From Candidatus Latescibacterota bacterium (GTDB lineage Bacteria > Latescibacterota > UBA2968 > UBA8231), in NCBI GenBank assembly GCA_965203175.1, contig OZ241867.1, positions 3,840,001 to 3,904,000 on the forward strand: a DNA stretch of 64,000 bases. The letters run 5' to 3'. The position numbers were made by a program, and so were the translations under genes. The notes under the pieces were generated by a model. It was not told the origin of the DNA. It did not search any database and saw only the letters and a list, made by a program, of their open reading frames with translations. This document shows, one piece after another, positions 8,400 to 17,505 of the stretch (the stretch's first letter is position 1; each line of letters opens with the position of its first letter).

Positions 8400-9788
8400 C
8401 TAGTGGAAACAGGGCTGCCGGCCGCTGTGGGCCACGGGGCGGAAATAGAGCAATTTGCGCAACGGCCACGGGATTGGTTGCCGTAACTGCGCGTCTGGTG
8501 GGGCGCTGGGACCGGCGTGCCGCTCATAGGTAAGCGAGGTATTGGGGTGCTGTTGAAGCAAGGCGCGCACCTCAAAGAAGGGCAACATTAGTTTGCGCCG
8601 CGCCAGACTGGCCAAGAAGCCGGCCGAAGAGTCCTTTATTTCTACTAGATCTCGCTGGAAACCAAATAGTTGGACTCCAGCTGGTACCAGCAAGTGGTTA
8701 CTCTGCCCCCCCTCGGTGCGCAGGTTGGAATACATGGCAAACGCCGTCTCAGTCTTGAGCCCCAAGTAGGGACTACATCCGTTGAGGCCGGTCAGCAGAG
8801 GCACCAACAGCACAGGCCAAGGCCGGAACGAGAATGCGGGCCGCACTGGAGGCGCTTTGGCCAAGAGGACGAAAAGGAGGATCAGGGCGGCGCTGTACAG
8901 CCCCCACAAGGGAAGCACCAACTCGGCCGGTGCGGCAATCAGATCGTTCAGTGCGGCCAAAAGCCCCAATCCCACAACTACCGCGCCGACAGCGAGGAAA
9001 CTCTTACCGGAAAAAGGCATGTCCCCCCACCGCGCCGACTCAAAAAGACGCCGGGTTGGCCAGCCCGCGTCGAGGCGCAGGGAAGCAAACAAAAACAGCA
9101 AGGCAAAAATCATGGAGGAGAAATTGTAAAATTCGCTTATGGGATTAAAGCCGACCGCCGCGTGGAAGAGGAGCCCGAGCAAGATACCGGCATTGCGGGT
9201 AGGGGCCCAGCACAGCAGGAGCGGAATGGCCGCTTCGACGGCTAGGGTGAGGTAGATGGGGACCGCTCCTGCCAAGGCGAAGGGGAGCGACTGGAGTTGG
9301 GCCGCATAGAAGTGTACCGCGCAGCTTGTCTGGGGATCGAGGAAGTCGGCGTTGAGTTTGTGAAAGACGGCGAAGAAGTAGAGGATGATCAGTTCGAGCC
9401 GGACGATGGGAGCAAAGGTCCGGTACAAGGTCCCCGGCTCCACGGCGAATGTGCGCCCGGCCCACGCTAAGCGGGCGTAGGCTTGGAGAAGCGTCAAGTT
9501 CACCAGCCCGGTGAAGAGCCAGTGATTGGAGATAAAGGGAGCCGTCGTCCAGCTTTCGCACATCTGCAGGACTGCCAGCAGTACGAGGCGGTGCGGTTCG
9601 GATGGTCGGTGGAGCAGATAGAGTGCGGCGGCAGCGAGTAGGGTACTGAGCAACGGAGCCGGCCACGGGTCTTTGGCAACGAGGTGAAAAAGCGTTGCCA
9701 AACCCCAGAGGACGCAGAAGGTCGAGTACGTCTTTTGCTCGCTGGTCGGCATAGCGGCATTAAGATAGAGAATCCGATCAGCGCTCAA
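8400..9788 (-). CDS. HTTM-like (horizontally transferred transmembrane domain) membrane protein
   Basis: NHW, YFFAVFHKLNADFL, GLLFH, AMYSNLRTE motifs; multiple TMs; TTG start overlapping upstream stop, alternative ATG at 9752. Confidence 0.55.
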   Translation of the reverse strand: MSADRILYLNAAMPTSEQKTYSTFCVLWGLATLFHLVAKDPWPAPLLSTLLAAAALYLLHRPSEPHRLVLLAVLQMCESWTTAPFISNHWLFTGLVNLTLLQAYARLAWAGRTFAVEPGTLYRTFAPIVRLELIILYFFAVFHKLNADFLDPQTSCAVHFYAAQLQSLPFALAGAVPIYLTLAVEAAIPLLLCWAPTRNAGILLGLLFHAAVGFNPISEFYNFSSMIFALLFLFASLRLDAGWPTRRLFESARWGDMPFSGKSFLAVGAVVVGLGLLAALNDLIAAPAELVLPLWGLYSAALILLFVLLAKAPPVRPAFSFRPWPVLLVPLLTGLNGCSPYLGLKTETAFAMYSNLRTEGGQSNHLLVPAGVQLFGFQRDLVEIKDSSAGFLASLARRKLMLPFFEVRALLQQHPNTSLTYERHAGPSAPPDAQLRQPIPWPLRKLLYFRPVAHSGRQPCFH

Positions 9789-11761
9789 TAGAGGGGGATG
9801 CGATTGCCCACGGTACCGGTCACGCTGTCGATGAGCAGCCAGACCCCGCCGCTGCTAATGTGGCCTAGGGCCATGCCGAGAAAGAAGGGCTGCATTCTGT
9901 GGTACGCGGCGGCCCCGCCAAAACGCAGCAGACACTTTTTGCTCAGCCAAGCCAAGAATACCGCAAACCAGATCCGCTCCATCACATAGCCGAAGCCGAC
10001 GACAAAACCGAGAGGGTGCAGGGGCCACCACAGCAAGTAGCGCCGGGCCGCTAGCAAGCCCGCCATGATTGCACCTCCGCCGCCAGTCCACAGCCAGCCC
10101 GCTAGGCTTGGCTCAGTGGGGTCGAGGAGGTGCCGGACCGCCAAGCGCGAAGGCTCGGTGGCGTAGTGCGTCGAAAGATATAGGTTGATAGCGCCGTGGC
10201 GGTAGGCCAGGTGCAGGGTGTACCACATGGACAGCACCCAAGTGAGGAGCATGGCGGCGGCCAGAGCCCAAAAGAGGCGGCGCTGACCGCTTTTTAACTC
10301 GCTGACCAAGCGCAGGCTATTGGCCAAAGGAGCCATCATAAAGACCAGCAAGTCGCCACACCACACCATGGTATAGCCCAAAGCTACCGTCCCTTGGGGT
10401 CCCAGTGCCGAAGACCCCACGCCAGACAGGGTAAAACCTGCCGGGATCATGGTCGGTTTGACAATCGGCAGGCCGGTTTCGGCGATGACGCGGGCCAAGA
10501 CGACAAAAATGGTCAGACCGACCGCTAAGACGAGCAGGGCGATCCAAGCGGGGAGGCCGGTTTGCCACAGCCAGACCCACAAGCTCGCCACGCCGATTAC
10601 AGTGCCGACTACCGCGGCTCGGAAGGACATGATCTCGCCTTGGTCATCCACCGCGTCAGTTCCATCCCAAGCGCGCTGCAGGACGGCTTTGAGATGGTGC
10701 CGAGCGTTCCACAAGACCGCACCTAGCAAGACCGCGATGGCTCCGATCATAAAGTGCCCCCTGATCGGAACGCTCCAGTGGCCCAAATCGGCTTGGCTGT
10801 GAATGCCCATAACGCCGAAGACCGCGTCTTGGAAATAGGCGATTAGATAGAATAACCACAGGCTGAGGCCGATGCTGAGATTGATGAAATAAGCCAAGCC
10901 TAACATGAGAAAATTGATGTTTAACTGGAGACTGCGGCCGCCGTCGATAGGCTGTACCGACGTAGAGAATCCCGGAATCGCCACTTGAGGAAAATAGTGA
11001 TGCAAAGCCCCCAAACTGGTAAGCGAGAAGGGGATAGAAAAACCTATCCACATGACCCAGTTCCTGAAAAATGGTTTGAGCAGATGGTCTTCCGTCCCCT
11101 CGTCAATCATAGCCAGCGGCGCTTGGGCGAGAGGATAGGCCAAGCGCTCGTAATTGACCCACTGGCGGCGCAGAATCGCGCTGATGCAGAGGAGCGTCAG
11201 GTACAAAGCCACGTAGAAGGCAAACCACGCCGCCAACGGTGGTAGCCAGTGCGCCCACGGGATGGTTGCACCGCCTTCGTAGAAGTCGGTGACGGCTTGA
11301 ACATCGTCGACCAAGATCCACCGAGGCAGCAAAGGGTGGACTTGCGCGGCCCATTGGTTTTCGGGCGAGGCGTAGTACAAGAAGCCCGTGATGATGGGCA
11401 GCAGCATACTGACCACGCCTTTGGTCGGTATGGCCGCGGCCACGGTCATCATCGTAAAAATGGTAATCAGTTCGCCATGGGTAAAAGCCCACTCGCGGCG
11501 GCAGCGGCCCAAGACTAAGTGCAGGGTCAACAACAGGACAAAGAACAGAAAAAAGGCCACCGGAGTGGCGGAGGTCAGGGCGAGGGCTGTTCCTTTGATG
11601 ATCTGCCGGGCGTAGGGAGCGCCCACGGCGATGAGCGCACACAGCAAGGAACCCACTAGGATGCCCCGCCAGGTGACGGCTGCCCGGAGGCTGTGGTGCG
11701 ACTTGGGGCCACTGCGCCGCGCCAGATAGGTCAGATAGTCCGGTGGTACCTTTGATTGCAA
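9785..11761 (-). CDS. DUF6785/DUF6784-like polytopic membrane protein, copy 2
   Basis: 658 aa; closest to copy 1 (LALTSATP, GYTMVWCGDLLVFMMAPLA, VGNRIPLY). Confidence 0.8.
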   Translation of the reverse strand: MQSKVPPDYLTYLARRSGPKSHHSLRAAVTWRGILVGSLLCALIAVGAPYARQIIKGTALALTSATPVAFFLFFVLLLTLHLVLGRCRREWAFTHGELITIFTMMTVAAAIPTKGVVSMLLPIITGFLYYASPENQWAAQVHPLLPRWILVDDVQAVTDFYEGGATIPWAHWLPPLAAWFAFYVALYLTLLCISAILRRQWVNYERLAYPLAQAPLAMIDEGTEDHLLKPFFRNWVMWIGFSIPFSLTSLGALHHYFPQVAIPGFSTSVQPIDGGRSLQLNINFLMLGLAYFINLSIGLSLWLFYLIAYFQDAVFGVMGIHSQADLGHWSVPIRGHFMIGAIAVLLGAVLWNARHHLKAVLQRAWDGTDAVDDQGEIMSFRAAVVGTVIGVASLWVWLWQTGLPAWIALLVLAVGLTIFVVLARVIAETGLPIVKPTMIPAGFTLSGVGSSALGPQGTVALGYTMVWCGDLLVFMMAPLANSLRLVSELKSGQRRLFWALAAAMLLTWVLSMWYTLHLAYRHGAINLYLSTHYATEPSRLAVRHLLDPTEPSLAGWLWTGGGGAIMAGLLAARRYLLWWPLHPLGFVVGFGYVMERIWFAVFLAWLSKKCLLRFGGAAAYHRMQPFFLGMALGHISSGGVWLLIDSVTGTVGNRIPLY

Positions 11762-11791
11762 GTGATCAACTCCGGCCCGATGGTCCGATCC

Positions 11792-13606
11792 TCAAGGCTC
11801 CGACCTAGGATCGGCTCCCACTGCTTGCAGGGCCGAGGCGAGATTGGAACGGGCTTGGCGATAGGTGGGTTTGAGTTGGAGGGCGCGGCGGTAGTGTTCG
11901 ATGGCCTCTGCGAACTGACCTCGGAGGGCTAGGAGCCGCCCCAAATTGTTGTGCGCCTCGGCAAAGTCGGGTTTGAGTTGGAGGGCACGGCGGTAGTGTT
12001 CGATGGCTTCCGCGTCCCGTCGTTGGATCGCCAAGGCCGCGCCCAGATTGCTGTGGGCCAGAGCGAGGTCGGGTGCCAGTCGGAGCGCTTGCCGGTAGCG
12101 TTCGATGGCTTCTGAGACCGCGTTTTGGCCGAGGAGGGCGTTGCCCAACTTGAGGTAGGTTTCGACGCGGTCTGGCTCGGTTTTTAAGGCGCGGCGGTAG
12201 TGGCGCAGTGCGGCGGCGGACTCGCCCCGGGCTTGGTGGGCGTCGGCGAGGTTGAGGTGAATTTGGGAGCTCCTGGGCTTTAGCAACAGAGCTTGCCGGT
12301 AATGGCCGATGGCTTGGTCGAGCTGGTCGCGCTCTTTGAGGATATTGGCGAGATTGTTGTGAGCGATCCAAGCGCCAGCGTTTTTTTGCAAGGTATCGCG
12401 CCACAAGGTTTCCAGATCGGCATAGACCTGCCCTTGCCGCCAAGTGAGCAGACCGCAGACGGCCAAGACCAACGCCAGTGCGACTGGTCCGGCCGCCGGC
12501 TGACCCAGGCGCGTCCACGCGCGGTGTCCACCGGCGGCGGCCAGCGCTAAAAGCCCCAGACTGGCCAAGTATTGGAAGTGGTCGGCGACAAAGGAGTAGA
12601 GCATGGGGTAGAAGTTGAAAAAGCCCAGTGCTGGCGTTAGGGTACCGGCAAAAAACAACACCCCGGTCAACGGCCCCCGCCCCAGGCGCTTCCGAAAGGC
12701 CCACAGCAGCGCCCCGACGCCCAAGGCTCCGACCGGATAGACATATTGCCAGAGCGCGGTCGCGTCGATTTCCCAGCGGGGATAGATAAACGCAAGGTTG
12801 AGCGGCACGAGGAGTTTCGCCGCGTAAAACCACAGCGCCCGCCCGGCGATCAGGCCGCGCTCCACCAGCGACAAGTCCCACTCTGGCCCCCAAGCGCCGA
12901 CGCTGTGCTTTTCCATCCACACCGTCACCCCGCTCATGGCCACCCCTAGAGCTAAAAAAGGCGAGAGAGCTACTGCCGTGCGCTGCATGGGCGTTTGGCC
13001 TTTCCACCACAGTACCAATAAAAGGGCGGCCGGTAGGGTGCAGGTGACGGTCTTGCTGAGCAGGGCCGCGGCAAAAAGGAACAAGGCGGCCCAGTACAAA
13101 CGAGGGCTGCGCGCTTCTTCGTAGCGCAGATAGGCCCATGCCGCACTCAGATAGAACGCGCCGGACAATGTATTCTTGCGTTCGGTAATCCACGCCACCG
13201 ACTCGACGTGTACTGGATGCAGGGCAAACAGGGCGGCAGCAGCCCACGCGCCGGGTACTTGTAGTCGGATTAGCAGTCGCCAGACCAAAACGGCACTTAG
13301 GGCGTGCAGTAGTACATTGACCACGTGGTAGCCGGTCGGGTTCAAGCCCCACAGACGGTATTCGAGCCAATAGGTCGTATGGACCAGCGGGTAGTATTGG
13401 CGCGTGGCCCCCGGCTGGAACCAGATCTGCCCAAGCCCTTCTAGCGAGCGCAGGGTGAGATTGTCCTGCACGTAGTCGTCGTCGTCCCAGATAAAACCGC
13501 CGTTCATCGCCGGTATATAGGCCCCGGCGGTCAGCCCCACCAGCAGGAGAGCCGACACGAGCCAAGTGCGGCGGTCTGGTTGGGAGGAAACTGCGGATGG
13601 GCACAT
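11792..13606 (-). CDS. TMTC-like GT-C protein glycosyltransferase with C-terminal TPR repeats
   Basis: GGFIWDDDDYV, YYPLVHTTYWLEY, HPVHVESVAWITERK, ADHFQYL, AHNNLA and about five TPRs. Confidence 0.85.
   Translation of the reverse strand: MCPSAVSSQPDRRTWLVSALLLVGLTAGAYIPAMNGGFIWDDDDYVQDNLTLRSLEGLGQIWFQPGATRQYYPLVHTTYWLEYRLWGLNPTGYHVVNVLLHALSAVLVWRLLIRLQVPGAWAAAALFALHPVHVESVAWITERKNTLSGAFYLSAAWAYLRYEEARSPRLYWAALFLFAAALLSKTVTCTLPAALLLVLWWKGQTPMQRTAVALSPFLALGVAMSGVTVWMEKHSVGAWGPEWDLSLVERGLIAGRALWFYAAKLLVPLNLAFIYPRWEIDATALWQYVYPVGALGVGALLWAFRKRLGRGPLTGVLFFAGTLTPALGFFNFYPMLYSFVADHFQYLASLGLLALAAAGGHRAWTRLGQPAAGPVALALVLAVCGLLTWRQGQVYADLETLWRDTLQKNAGAWIAHNNLANILKERDQLDQAIGHYRQALLLKPRSSQIHLNLADAHQARGESAAALRHYRRALKTEPDRVETYLKLGNALLGQNAVSEAIERYRQALRLAPDLALAHSNLGAALAIQRRDAEAIEHYRRALQLKPDFAEAHNNLGRLLALRGQFAEAIEHYRRALQLKPTYRQARSNLASALQAVGADPRSEP
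11867..12007. repeat. Intragenic direct repeat with 102-bp period (recent TPR duplication)
   Basis: 39-bp segment 11867-11905 matches 11969-12007 with one mismatch; encodes AIEHYRRALQLKP twice. Confidence 0.85.
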
Positions 13607-13665
13607 GGGAGGCTTTGGCGTTGGGCGTATTGCGGCGGGGGGACCTTGTGCCTTACAATATAATC

Positions 13666-14817
13666 ATGCGCACCTGCTTGAAAATAGGCTCCAGCCTGCT
13701 GCTGGCCGCTCTCTTAGGGATACTGGCTTGTGGAGATCGCCGCACGGTTCCCACAGGAACTGAGGAGGCCGGCGCTGTCGTGCTGCTGACCGCTAAGGTG
13801 GATGCTGAAGTGGCCGCTAGGCTCGCTCAGGTCGAGGTGACGGTCACTGCGGCTGATATGCCAGCCATGCGCCAGCCATTGGCCCTGGATGGGGATCGGA
13901 TCGTCGGGACCGTCTCCGAGATTCCGGCGGGTGCCGCCAGACTATTTACGGTGACTGGCTATGATGCGACCGGAGCCTTGGTGGCCAGTGGTTCGGCCAA
14001 GCTGGACCTATCCCCAGGGCAGTCCGTTCCCCTCGGTCTTACCCTCGCTATTAAGGCGTCGCCTTCCCACTCGCAACCCCCAATTACCGTAGAGTTGGCC
14101 CCGGGCGTGCCGCTGGATATGGTGTGGATCGAGCCGGGTGTCTTCACCATGGGTTCGCCGCTGGACGAGCCGGGCCGCAACGACGACGAAGGTCCTCAGC
14201 TCGAGGTTCGCCTGACTCAGGGTTTTTACCTGAGTCAGTGCGAAATCACCCAGAGCCAGTGGACGGCTGTGACTGGGGAGCGGCCGTGGAGCCGCCACGC
14301 CGATGAGGTGGAAGAGGGACCCGACCGCCCGGCCGTGTACATCTCTTGGGAAGATGCGCAAGAATTTATAGCTAGCCTCAATGCCACAGCCGGTGGCCAG
14401 GTGTACCGGCTGCCTACCGAAGCCGAGTGGGAGTACGCGGGGCGGGCGGGCACGAAGACGCCGTGGTCTTTTGGCAAAGCTGAAAAAGAACTAGACCTCC
14501 ACGCTTGGTGGACGGACAATATTTCTCTTACCGGGCGGATGGCCGCGCAGCCAGTGGGGTTAAAAACGCCCAATCCTTGGGGGCTTTACGATATGCACGG
14601 CAATGTGTGGGAGTGGGTAGGCGACTGGTTGGGAGCCTACCCGGAGGGGCCGCTGACCGATCCCCAAGGGCCGACCGAAGGCACGGCGCGGGTATTTCGC
14701 GGCGGCAGCTTTAAAGACGCGGCTGCGCTTTCCCGCTCGGCGCAGCGCTGCTGGAACGCGCCCGATCAGCGTTTTAGCCATATTGGGGTTCGGCTAGTGC
14801 TGGACTCGGACTTATGA
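13666..14817 (+). CDS. Lipoprotein with formylglycine-generating-enzyme (FGE/SUMF1)-like domain
   Basis: Lipobox ILAC; FTMGS, RLPTEAEWEYA, NPWGLYDMHGNVWEW, RGGSF, IGVRLV. Confidence 0.9.
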   Translation: MRTCLKIGSSLLLAALLGILACGDRRTVPTGTEEAGAVVLLTAKVDAEVAARLAQVEVTVTAADMPAMRQPLALDGDRIVGTVSEIPAGAARLFTVTGYDATGALVASGSAKLDLSPGQSVPLGLTLAIKASPSHSQPPITVELAPGVPLDMVWIEPGVFTMGSPLDEPGRNDDEGPQLEVRLTQGFYLSQCEITQSQWTAVTGERPWSRHADEVEEGPDRPAVYISWEDAQEFIASLNATAGGQVYRLPTEAEWEYAGRAGTKTPWSFGKAEKELDLHAWWTDNISLTGRMAAQPVGLKTPNPWGLYDMHGNVWEWVGDWLGAYPEGPLTDPQGPTEGTARVFRGGSFKDAAALSRSAQRCWNAPDQRFSHIGVRLVLDSDL

Positions 14818-15203
14818 GCGAAGTCACGCTGGGCCAGCTCACCGCCGAGATTCGCCGCTTCGTGGAAGAGCGCGACTGGGCGCAATTCCACACCCCCAAG
14901 GACTTGGCCATTGGTCTTTCGACTGAAGCGGCCGAAGTCTTGGAGCACTTCCGCTTCCGCTCCGACCAAGAGATCGCCACTCGCTTAGAAGACGAAACCT
15001 TCCGCCGGACTATCGGCCACGAATTGGCCGACGCGCTGTACTTTGTCCTGCTTATGTGCGACCGCTTCGGCTTGGACGCCGCGCAAATGCTGGAGGAGAA
15101 ATTGGCCATTTCGGCTCAGCGCTATCCAGTGGAAAAGGCCCGAGGCAAAAACCTCAAATACACCGCCTACCAAGTTCCCTCAGCAAGCGACCATACCCCA
15201 TAG
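14814..15203 (+). CDS. MazG-like nucleotide pyrophosphohydrolase (dCTP pyrophosphatase type)
   Basis: FVEERDWAQFHTPKDLA...EAAEVLE...ELAD...RYPVEKARG; ATGA overlap with upstream gene. Confidence 0.9.
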   Translation: MSEVTLGQLTAEIRRFVEERDWAQFHTPKDLAIGLSTEAAEVLEHFRFRSDQEIATRLEDETFRRTIGHELADALYFVLLMCDRFGLDAAQMLEEKLAISAQRYPVEKARGKNLKYTAYQVPSASDHTP

Positions 15204-15223
15204 AGAAGACGGTGAATCTGTCT

Positions 15224-15310
15224 TTAGTGGGTAGGCGTAAAGCAGTACGCGTTGCCGAAGGAGACGCGCAATCGGGAGTGGTTTTCGTAGGACCGCGGAT
15301 TGTAGGAGCG
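15224..15310 (-). pseudogene. Decayed 3' remnant of a PhyH-family gene (copy of 60102-60188)
   Basis: Ungapped 87-bp alignment, 74/87 identical by hand count; reads RSYNPRSYENHSRLRVSFGNAYCFTPTH* versus RSYNPWPYESHPRLRVSFDGVCRFTPTH*. Confidence 0.85.
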
Positions 15311-15352
15311 AACTAAGTACACGACAGTAAGCTAAGCTGTAGCATAGCCCCG

Positions 15353-15396
15353 AGTTAGGTTTATTTGTAGTCGCCTAAGGTCAAATAAACCTAACT
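15353..15396. repeat. Perfect 15-bp AT-rich inverted repeat with 14-bp spacer
   Basis: agttaggtttatttg (15353-15367) / caaataaacctaact (15382-15396). Confidence 0.85.
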
Positions 15397-15430
15397 GCTT
15401 TCCTCTCTGGAGTCGGATCGCAACTTGACT

Positions 15431-17455
15431 ATGAAAAAAGGGATCCCTCCAATATTCCAGGACCACTTAGAGGCACGGCGCGGCTTAGCTCAGCCCGACG
15501 AGAAGACACCGGGTATCACCTTGCGGGCCGTGTCAATTGGTGCCTTTTTGTCGCTGTTCATCGGCGCGGCCGTACCTTATACCAATATGATCATCAAGGG
15601 CACGGTCATGGCCCACAATTTCAGCACACCGGCCGCCCTTTTTGTATTCTTCGTATTCGTCTTCCTAATAAATACATCCCTGGCCCTGCTAGGCCCTAGA
15701 TTTGCCCTGAGCCGTTCCGAGTTGGCGGTGGTTTACATCATGGCGATGCTAGCCACCTCCGTGCCCACAATCGGCTTTACCGAAAATCTGCTGCCTATCA
15801 TCGCGGGACTCTACTACTACGCCACCCCTGAAAATAAGTGGCAGGAATTGATCCATCCGCACGTGCCTAAGTGGATCGTCCCGCAAGATACAGAGGCCAT
15901 CACTTATTTCTACGAGGGCTTGCCCCAGGGCATGACTCTGCCTTGGGACGCTTGGGTTGAGCCGCTCTTCTACTGGTGTCTGTTCATCTTGTCATTCTAC
16001 TGGGTGTCTATATGCATGATGACCATTCTGCGCAAACAGTGGGTCGAGTACGAAAAGCTGCCCTATCCCCTAGTCCAAGTCCCGCTGGAGATGATCCAGG
16101 ATGACGAGCGAGAGGCGCGTGGCCCTAACAAGAAGCGCTCGCTTGTTAAACCTTACTTTAGGAACCGGGTCATGTGGGTAGGGTTCGCAGTGCCTTTCCT
16201 CATAGGTACAGCGAACGCGCTCAGCGGCTATTTCCCTTTTCTGCCACACATCGACACCCACTCCGAGATGCGTCTGTTCAGAGGCAGCACCTCCTTGCGT
16301 CTCGACCTGAACTTGGGCCTAATCGGTTTCGCCTATCTGCTCAGCCGCGATGTGGCGCTGGGATTCTGGTTCTTTTTTCTGCTATCAACAGTGCAGCGGG
16401 GAGTCTTCAATGTTTTGGGGATACAAAGTACGGAGACCTTGAGCCGGTTTGCCAATTCGGTTGGTCCCTATCTGGCTCATCAAGCCATGGGTGCCATGAT
16501 CGTGCTGGTTCTATCCAGCGCGTGGATGGCGCGTCGGCATCTGCAAGCCGTCTATCGCAAGGTATTCCATCACGATCCGTCCATCGACGATAGCGACGAA
16601 ATTATCCCCTATCGCACTGCGGTCTGGGGTCTGCTCGTGGGTTTGGGGGTGATGGGGACTTGGTTGTGGCAGTCCGGGTTGCCTTTGTGGGTTGTCCCGG
16701 TCTTTCTGTTTGGAATGACGGCGATCTTTATCGCCATCACCAGAGCGGTAGCGGAAGGCGGAATTTCCGTGATTCGCACGCCCTTGACCCCCGCCGATTT
16801 TGTGATTTCTGGAGTGGGCACTAGTGCGCTGGGTGTCTCCGGTCTAACAGGGCTGGCATTCACCTATGTATGGAGCGCCAATATACGCATCTTCTTTATG
16901 CCCTGTTTTGCCAATGCGCTGAAACTAGCCGAGGAGATTAGCGGCAGCAAAAGGGGTCTGCTATGGGCAGTTTTCCTAGCCCTAGTCGTCACTCTGATCA
17001 GTTCGGTGTGGTCTGTGATGACCCTGTCCTATAAGTACGGCGGGATCAACCTTCACCAGTTCTGGTTCGTGGGAGTACCGCGCAATGCATTCAATTTTAT
17101 CGCTCCTAAATTCGTCGATCCGGTCCCGGCTAGCATATCTGGTTGGGGCTTCACGGGTTTGGGTGCAGCACTCATGGGTTTGTTGACTTATATCCGCTAC
17201 CGGTTTGTGTGGTGGCCGATCCATCCATTGGGTTTTGCCACAGGTACGTTCAACATTATGAACTGGGTGTGGTTTAGTATCTTCACCGCTTGGGTGTTGA
17301 AGAGTATCATACTCAAGTTCGGCGGATCCGCGGGGTATTTGAAGACACGGCCGTTTTTTCTTGGTTTAATTTTGGGCCAAGTTGCAGTAGCCGGTTTGTG
17401 GCTGGTCATCGACGGCTGTACTGGAAAGACCGGGAATGTGTTAGGGTATTTTTGA
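15431..17455 (+). CDS. DUF6785/DUF6784-like polytopic membrane protein, copy 3
   Basis: PYTNMIIKG, YYYATPEN, RKQW.EYEKL.YPL, WWPIHPLGF; close to copies 5 and 6. Confidence 0.8.
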   Translation: MKKGIPPIFQDHLEARRGLAQPDEKTPGITLRAVSIGAFLSLFIGAAVPYTNMIIKGTVMAHNFSTPAALFVFFVFVFLINTSLALLGPRFALSRSELAVVYIMAMLATSVPTIGFTENLLPIIAGLYYYATPENKWQELIHPHVPKWIVPQDTEAITYFYEGLPQGMTLPWDAWVEPLFYWCLFILSFYWVSICMMTILRKQWVEYEKLPYPLVQVPLEMIQDDEREARGPNKKRSLVKPYFRNRVMWVGFAVPFLIGTANALSGYFPFLPHIDTHSEMRLFRGSTSLRLDLNLGLIGFAYLLSRDVALGFWFFFLLSTVQRGVFNVLGIQSTETLSRFANSVGPYLAHQAMGAMIVLVLSSAWMARRHLQAVYRKVFHHDPSIDDSDEIIPYRTAVWGLLVGLGVMGTWLWQSGLPLWVVPVFLFGMTAIFIAITRAVAEGGISVIRTPLTPADFVISGVGTSALGVSGLTGLAFTYVWSANIRIFFMPCFANALKLAEEISGSKRGLLWAVFLALVVTLISSVWSVMTLSYKYGGINLHQFWFVGVPRNAFNFIAPKFVDPVPASISGWGFTGLGAALMGLLTYIRYRFVWWPIHPLGFATGTFNIMNWVWFSIFTAWVLKSIILKFGGSAGYLKTRPFFLGLILGQVAVAGLWLVIDGCTGKTGNVLGYF

Positions 17456-17505
17456 CAGGATGCTCTGCATGCTAGGGAAGGCGCGAGACTAACGGAAATA
17501 GCAAG

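Noticed and set aside
11805-13604. 599-aa same-strand alternative-frame ORF spanning the TMTC-like gene
   Set aside because: Arg/Pro/Gly-rich with no motifs; expected from high GC at third codon positions, although the length is notable
14690-14817. Possible DGR variable region at the end of the FGE-fold gene
   Set aside because: No template repeat or reverse transcriptase seen in the window
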